A stretch of 64,000 nucleotides of DNA, from the NCBI GenBank assembly GCA_963701855.1, contig CAVPBK010000004.1:317604-381603 (forward strand), in the 5' to 3' direction. The notes below the pieces were generated by a model that did not search any database, was not told where the DNA came from, and worked only from the letters and a program-made list of their open reading frames with translations. Below, in pieces: positions 59,022-64,000 of the stretch. The number at the start of each line of letters is the position of its first letter. Positions within the stretch are counted from its first letter, which is position 1. The position numbers and the translations under genes are program-made. This DNA is from Nitrospirota bacterium. Its GTDB lineage: Bacteria > Nitrospirota > Nitrospiria > Nitrospirales > Nitrospiraceae.

Positions 59022-62000
59022 TCAACGAGCTGACGTTCGCGAAACTGCCCCTCCGTCATTCCCACTCTCCGCCGTCTTGGTTGACGGAGCCTGGGGCATC
59101 AACGGAAGAATGCGCTGATCGTCAATCGGCAGCACCTTGAAGAGGCCCCATTGTCCTGCATTCGCGAATGCCGGGCGTTGGTTCTTCCACATATAGTCGC
59201 CGACGATCTTATTCGGACCACCTGCGCCGCCCGTGAGATACGCATTAATCACTTCGGAACCGCCGAACTCCATGGTGCTGACCTGGTCGGCACCCTGCGA
59301 ATAAGGCTCATGCGGCCATTCATGGCCATCGACAGTGAATAGCTGAACCTGTTCGCTGAATGCGCCCAGCACGTGAATGGCCACCGGATCTCCTACATGT
59401 GCCTGCAGCAGCGGCGTCGCAGGTCCACCAGCCCCGGCTTTTACGCAGCTGAAGATCTCCGGTATATCGCAGCCCTTTTCCATCCGCCAGGCGGTCGGCT
59501 CCGACTGGTAATTCACGGCCGTGATGCCGGCCACCTGTTGGATATACGGCATGAAACTCACGCCGATGATGTTGTCTTCGTCCTGGAACATCAACGAGAA
59601 AGAACGGTAGTTCTTCCTGTTTTCGTTCCCGGGAATCGCCCGATCCACGAGCACGTCGGCACGCCAGCTGCTCTTCATCGTCAGATCGGCACCCGTCATC
59701 GGATCGCGATAGCGCGATCCCTTCGGACCGACAATGACCGAGCCGAACAGGCCGTTACGTGGGTTCTCGACCACGTTCCCCCAATCTTGAATGAGGGCGG
59801 CCAGTTCTCCATACTCCGGATGGGCATAGTATGTATACGTCTTGCTCTGCCCGGGACCGATCGTTTGATCACCCTGATTGTTGCCGACATTGGCGCCGAA
59901 CGAATCTTTCGGATCGAACGCCATCATATCGACGTGGAATCCGGCCCGTTCTTTTGCCATCTCATTTTTCAGATTGATCTTCATACAATCGCCGACGTTT
60001 ACGTGCAAGGTCAGCGGGCTCGGCTTGAGTTCACCGGCCTTAACCTTGCCACGATCACCGTCGAGTACATACATCTTGCCCTGCTCGTTCCCAAACACCA
60101 TTTTGCGTTCCAAATCGACCTCCATCACACCCGGCGTTCCTTCGTTATACCGGATGTTCTGATCGATTGCCGAAACGTTGAACGTCTTCACGGGAGCGTC
60201 TGCCGGACAGATCGACGGAGCGGATTTTTGGATCTGCTCACGGCTCGGCAGGGGCTTTAGATCCCCTTGCAGCTCATCGAAGACCCGGAAAATTCCCCAA
60301 CTGCCTTCCGTGAAGTGGGAAGCGCGGCCGCTATAGTAGAGATAGTCGCCGGCCTGTTTCTGCGGTCCTCCCGCTGCTGGAATCGCCGGATCGTAGCGCT
60401 CTCCGATCGCCAGGTGAATCGTGCTTCGCGGCATGGCGGTCGTTGAATACCGTTCCATCGGGAACCAATGGCCTGTCACGTGCCAGGTATGCACCTCGTT
60501 TGCAGACCCTACCAAGGCACGCACCAGAATTGGATCGCCAAGATAGGCCCGCAACAACGGAGTGCCCGGATCGCCGTGAATACCGGAGACAAAGAGTTTC
60601 GACGGGTCCGGATTCTGAGCCAAACGCACACTCAACGGCTCCACTCGCATGCTATAGCTACTTCCGGTGGTCGCTTCGCCCCCGTTCAAAAACCACATCG
60701 GCGACTTGTTGATACGCTCCGGGAACTGATGAGACGGCGGCCCATCGACAGTGGTTGCCCCCACCCTCGCTTGCGGATTATCGGTGGTGATCAACTCCGC
60801 CACCCGGGCATTGCTGTCCTGGATATGCATCATGACTTCGCGGAAACTACCACGGATATGGGCAGAGACAGGCTCCAAGGTATGAATATCCGCAATGGGG
60901 CCGCTCCGGATTTCTTTTCCTGTGACCGGATCGTGATAGGTCGAGCGCGGCGGCTCGGTAATAAACGCGGAGAATAGCCCGTGTCCCCACGTATCGGTTC
61001 CGAAGACATGGTCGTGCCAGTACACCGTGCCAAAATCGGAATCCACATACCAGCGTTCACGGATGAATTCGACACTGGCAATATCGTTCTTCTTATGGGC
61101 GTACTTCAACGGCGCGTCGAATGTGAGAGTCTTTCCACTGATGGTTTTGATCCGTGCCACTTCGAAGTATTTTGGATCGTCCATCGCGATGCCCAGCTCT
61201 ATGTTCACATGGAATTTCGACGCATCAGCCACCGTAATACTGCGCGCGCCGGCTTTCGAGTCCGCTGTCTGCACCGTGTTTGCCGGCAGGGGCATTCCCT
61301 TGTCGGGCTGGGGATCCGTCAGCATGGTGAAGGCGCGCAAAGACATGTCATACGAAAATCCGATCGTCGGACCATCGGATGCGCTGGTATCAAATTGAAA
61401 GAAATGCGGATGGAGGTTGACCTTGTTCGCCCATCCCGTCCGCGCATCGTCTGGTATTTCGTTTTTGTAAATGATGTCGACACAATCGTAGACGTTTCCG
61501 CGAATCACCAACGGAAGCTGTTTTTTTGGATTCTTGCGAACCTCGGCCTCTTCCTCATGCAACACAAAAATCATTCCAATGGGATCGACAAGCGCGGCGG
61601 ATGTTGGCGTCGCCGGCTTGAGCGTAATCGGCAGTGTAATGGCATGAGTCGTGTAGAACTTGCGCGGAGAATTTTCCGGACACAAACTCCAAGGCCCCTG
61701 CTCACCCGGCCTGGCCTGCTCCGTACTCTTGGTTCCATCTTCGCGCACATGGAACGGTTCTAACCACGGCGCTCCACCATGATTTGGCGCAAATGGAGGC
61801 CGTTTTCCAAGATGTGGGCGCAGCCAGGGGAACGCCAGCTTCCCGGTTTGAGGATCAAACGTAATGGCCGGACGCTTCAGAGGGGTTGGAGACTCATAGT
61901 CCGCCCACTTGTGTGGTGTCTCAGGCTCATTCAGCGCCAATGCTCCTTCCCACTTCCAATTCACCACCGTCGCGTCATTCGCTTTGGCCTGCATCACTTG

Positions 62001-63761
62001 ATCTTCCGTTTTGCCGGGCAATCCTTGCGGCGGCAACATATACTCGACCCAATCCTTGATGGAGACCTTGACCGGATTGGCTTTCCAATCTGTTTTATCC
62101 TTCGTGATCTCCCACTTCTTCCCGCCATACCAATCCACCGTGGTACCGACCAGCTTGTCTGAGCTGACTGCGAGCTTGATCTTTCCCTTGCGATCAGGCA
62201 ACTCGACCAGCGGCTTCATGACGTCTGTCTGAGACCCAGGAACCTGCAATGTATTGTAGACGCGCCAGAATCCCCACATTCCCGTCACATAGTGCTGCGG
62301 GATATGGCAGTGAAACACAAACTCTCCAGCCAAGGCCTGCAAGCCGCCGGACCCGCCCTCCGTTACCTCATCGTAAATTTCTGACGGACCGATTGACTGA
62401 ACGTCCAGCCGGTCCGACGGGTCGCTGATGGGCGGAAACTTCACCGGGCCGTTCTTGGACAAGGTCGGGTCGATCCTGCTGGTGCCAGGCTGTCTGGACC
62501 AACGGATGGAACCGCCATGCAGATGGTGCGAGTGGACGATTTCAGAACCACCGACCATCCGGTACGTTGCCGGATCCCCCAAATATGAGCGGGGAATCGT
62601 GGTGGCCGGATCGCCAAATGTATAGGATCCATAACCCTGCGACTCATCGGCAAACCCGACCAGGTGCTCCTGCTGCTCAAGTCTCGTGCCATGTGGTTCG
62701 CTGCGATAGTTGAGCAAGCGAGCCCCCGGACGATAGGTGTCCGTGTGCGGATCACGCTGTGGCAACATGTCCCCTTTGCGATTCAACAATCGAAACGTCT
62801 CGTCTCCCGCTTCATGATAGAAAATGACAAATTCTCGGAAGTCCGAAGCGTTCGCCAGATCGATCATGGCCTCCCAGCCACTCTTCATTTCTTCCCCAGT
62901 GAAAGGGCTCAGATGCCGAGCCCCACGCTGCTCGACCACCAGTGAACCCAATAGGCCCAGGGAATACTGCTCTCTGGTCGCATGGCTGTGAAACGCGCGC
63001 CCGCCTACCTGCAGATCCATGGGAATGTACCACTCGAATTCGCCCTGCTTCCCTGTTGGAACCAATGCATCGGGATTATTGGCGGTCGCCGGCTTGCCCG
63101 TGCTGGCCACGAGCATCTGCGATCCGTTGATGATCATGTTGGTCGGTTCGTCGGCAATCTGATTTCGCAATGTGATACGGAGACAATCCCCTTGGTTCGC
63201 CCGAATGACCAACGGTTGAATCAGATCGCCCTGCAAACCGTTTGACACTGCACCGCCGGCAAACGTCGGATCGTCGCTTTCCCGCGCAGCCTTGTTCTTT
63301 TCCTCTTCCGCTCGCACACCTGCCACATTCTCGGTCAGCGCGTACATGTACCCTGGGTAGAAATCTCCAAATCGATTCACGGTGATTTCAACGTTGATCG
63401 TGGAAATATCGAAGGCACGGACGGGAGCTTGCGCCGGACAGCGAGCGCCTTGCGTGACCTTCACCTTATCCTGATCTTCCGCGACAAGCAGTATCCCCTG
63501 CTGCATTGCGTGGGCTCCGGCGCCCTGGAACGGCCCTTTGGTCTGGACCTGTCGCTCGATTTGCTCGACGGCCTTCGACATCTTGTCCATCAGCATCGGA
63601 CCTGCCTGCACACTCACCGGTGTCGCGACATCGACAGCGGAATCCACGGCAACATGCGCGTCATGCGGCATGACCGCAAACACAGGCGTCGCCTCGGCAA
63701 ACCAAAGACAGGCCGCAAACCCCATCACCCCGGCCCCTACCCACTTTAGTGATGCACCCAT
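59022..63761 (-). CDS. Large secreted multicopper oxidase (MnxG-like multi-cupredoxin)
   Basis: 1579 aa with signal peptide; FHSH, HSHHLHG, HCHIPQH....M, LHPH, WHDH and HTWHVTGH; RBS GGAGGAGG. Confidence 0.9.
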   Translation of the reverse strand: MGASLKWVGAGVMGFAACLWFAEATPVFAVMPHDAHVAVDSAVDVATPVSVQAGPMLMDKMSKAVEQIERQVQTKGPFQGAGAHAMQQGILLVAEDQDKVKVTQGARCPAQAPVRAFDISTINVEITVNRFGDFYPGYMYALTENVAGVRAEEEKNKAARESDDPTFAGGAVSNGLQGDLIQPLVIRANQGDCLRITLRNQIADEPTNMIINGSQMLVASTGKPATANNPDALVPTGKQGEFEWYIPMDLQVGGRAFHSHATREQYSLGLLGSLVVEQRGARHLSPFTGEEMKSGWEAMIDLANASDFREFVIFYHEAGDETFRLLNRKGDMLPQRDPHTDTYRPGARLLNYRSEPHGTRLEQQEHLVGFADESQGYGSYTFGDPATTIPRSYLGDPATYRMVGGSEIVHSHHLHGGSIRWSRQPGTSRIDPTLSKNGPVKFPPISDPSDRLDVQSIGPSEIYDEVTEGGSGGLQALAGEFVFHCHIPQHYVTGMWGFWRVYNTLQVPGSQTDVMKPLVELPDRKGKIKLAVSSDKLVGTTVDWYGGKKWEITKDKTDWKANPVKVSIKDWVEYMLPPQGLPGKTEDQVMQAKANDATVVNWKWEGALALNEPETPHKWADYESPTPLKRPAITFDPQTGKLAFPWLRPHLGKRPPFAPNHGGAPWLEPFHVREDGTKSTEQARPGEQGPWSLCPENSPRKFYTTHAITLPITLKPATPTSAALVDPIGMIFVLHEEEAEVRKNPKKQLPLVIRGNVYDCVDIIYKNEIPDDARTGWANKVNLHPHFFQFDTSASDGPTIGFSYDMSLRAFTMLTDPQPDKGMPLPANTVQTADSKAGARSITVADASKFHVNIELGIAMDDPKYFEVARIKTISGKTLTFDAPLKYAHKKNDIASVEFIRERWYVDSDFGTVYWHDHVFGTDTWGHGLFSAFITEPPRSTYHDPVTGKEIRSGPIADIHTLEPVSAHIRGSFREVMMHIQDSNARVAELITTDNPQARVGATTVDGPPSHQFPERINKSPMWFLNGGEATTGSSYSMRVEPLSVRLAQNPDPSKLFVSGIHGDPGTPLLRAYLGDPILVRALVGSANEVHTWHVTGHWFPMERYSTTAMPRSTIHLAIGERYDPAIPAAGGPQKQAGDYLYYSGRASHFTEGSWGIFRVFDELQGDLKPLPSREQIQKSAPSICPADAPVKTFNVSAIDQNIRYNEGTPGVMEVDLERKMVFGNEQGKMYVLDGDRGKVKAGELKPSPLTLHVNVGDCMKINLKNEMAKERAGFHVDMMAFDPKDSFGANVGNNQGDQTIGPGQSKTYTYYAHPEYGELAALIQDWGNVVENPRNGLFGSVIVGPKGSRYRDPMTGADLTMKSSWRADVLVDRAIPGNENRKNYRSFSLMFQDEDNIIGVSFMPYIQQVAGITAVNYQSEPTAWRMEKGCDIPEIFSCVKAGAGGPATPLLQAHVGDPVAIHVLGAFSEQVQLFTVDGHEWPHEPYSQGADQVSTMEFGGSEVINAYLTGGAGGPNKIVGDYMWKNQRPAFANAGQWGLFKVLPIDDQRILPLMPQAPSTKTAESGNDGGAVSRTSAR

Positions 63762-64000
63762 AACGTTTCGCCTCCTCCTTTAAACGGTCACTAATCGGTC
63801 ACGATACTGTTTGCTACATATCCATTGTTTGGCACATTTGAAGTCTAGTAATATTTTTGCATTCAAACCCATATAAGGGGCTTGAGTCAAGAGGGAGTCT
63901 TGCCCCATGACACATGCCTACAGGGATACACGATAAGTTTACGTGGATGTCAGGGACCGCGGACGACCTCTCATGCCAAGAATGTCATGCAGCCATCTCG

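Noticed and set aside
1..64000. tRNA/rRNA genes, integrase, transposase, reverse transcriptase
   Set aside because: None recognised; intergenic gaps are short and explained by repeats, promoters or terminators. A tRNAscan/Infernal run would be definitive.

Overview
64 kb of what looks like a Nitrospira-like (Nitrospirota) chromosome; taxonomy is inferred from gene content only. Almost all genes are on the minus strand. (1) 1-8.4 kb is a defence island: a type I restriction-modification operon hsdM-hsdS-[abiEi-abiEii]-hsdR, with hsdR running off the window. A type IV AbiE toxin-antitoxin pair with two tandem operators sits inside it, and indels are confined to the hsdM 3' end and hsdS. (2) 9-23.5 kb and 39.4-63.8 kb form a large nitrite-oxidoreductase (NXR)-associated respiratory and maturation cluster that lacks nxrAB itself. 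It holds three NxrC/EbdC-like heme-b domain proteins, a TorD-type chaperone, a NapF-like ferredoxin, MobA, TatA, two pentaheme and several membrane c-type cytochromes, two cytochrome bd-like subunit I paralogs without CydB, two FGE-domain proteins, blue-copper-like proteins, an SmbP-like protein and a 1579-aa multicopper oxidase. (3) 23.9-27.6 kb is an accessory patch: a WD40 protein, a DUF3800-like gene flanked by inverted repeats, and hicB with an internally deleted hicA. (4) 27.6-39.4 kb carries a sigma-54 two-component system and housekeeping genes secF-secD-yajC-tgt-argS plus a GT9 glycosyltransferase. Three small single-pass membrane ORFs (37-41 aa) with strong RBSs sit directly upstream of nxrC and the bd-like oxidase; two are missing from the ORF track and the third appears there only with an overextended N-terminus. 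A modular MITE-like repeat family occurs about 9 times, usually with the same end abutting a stop codon. No rRNA, tRNA, CRISPR array or transposase was recognised.
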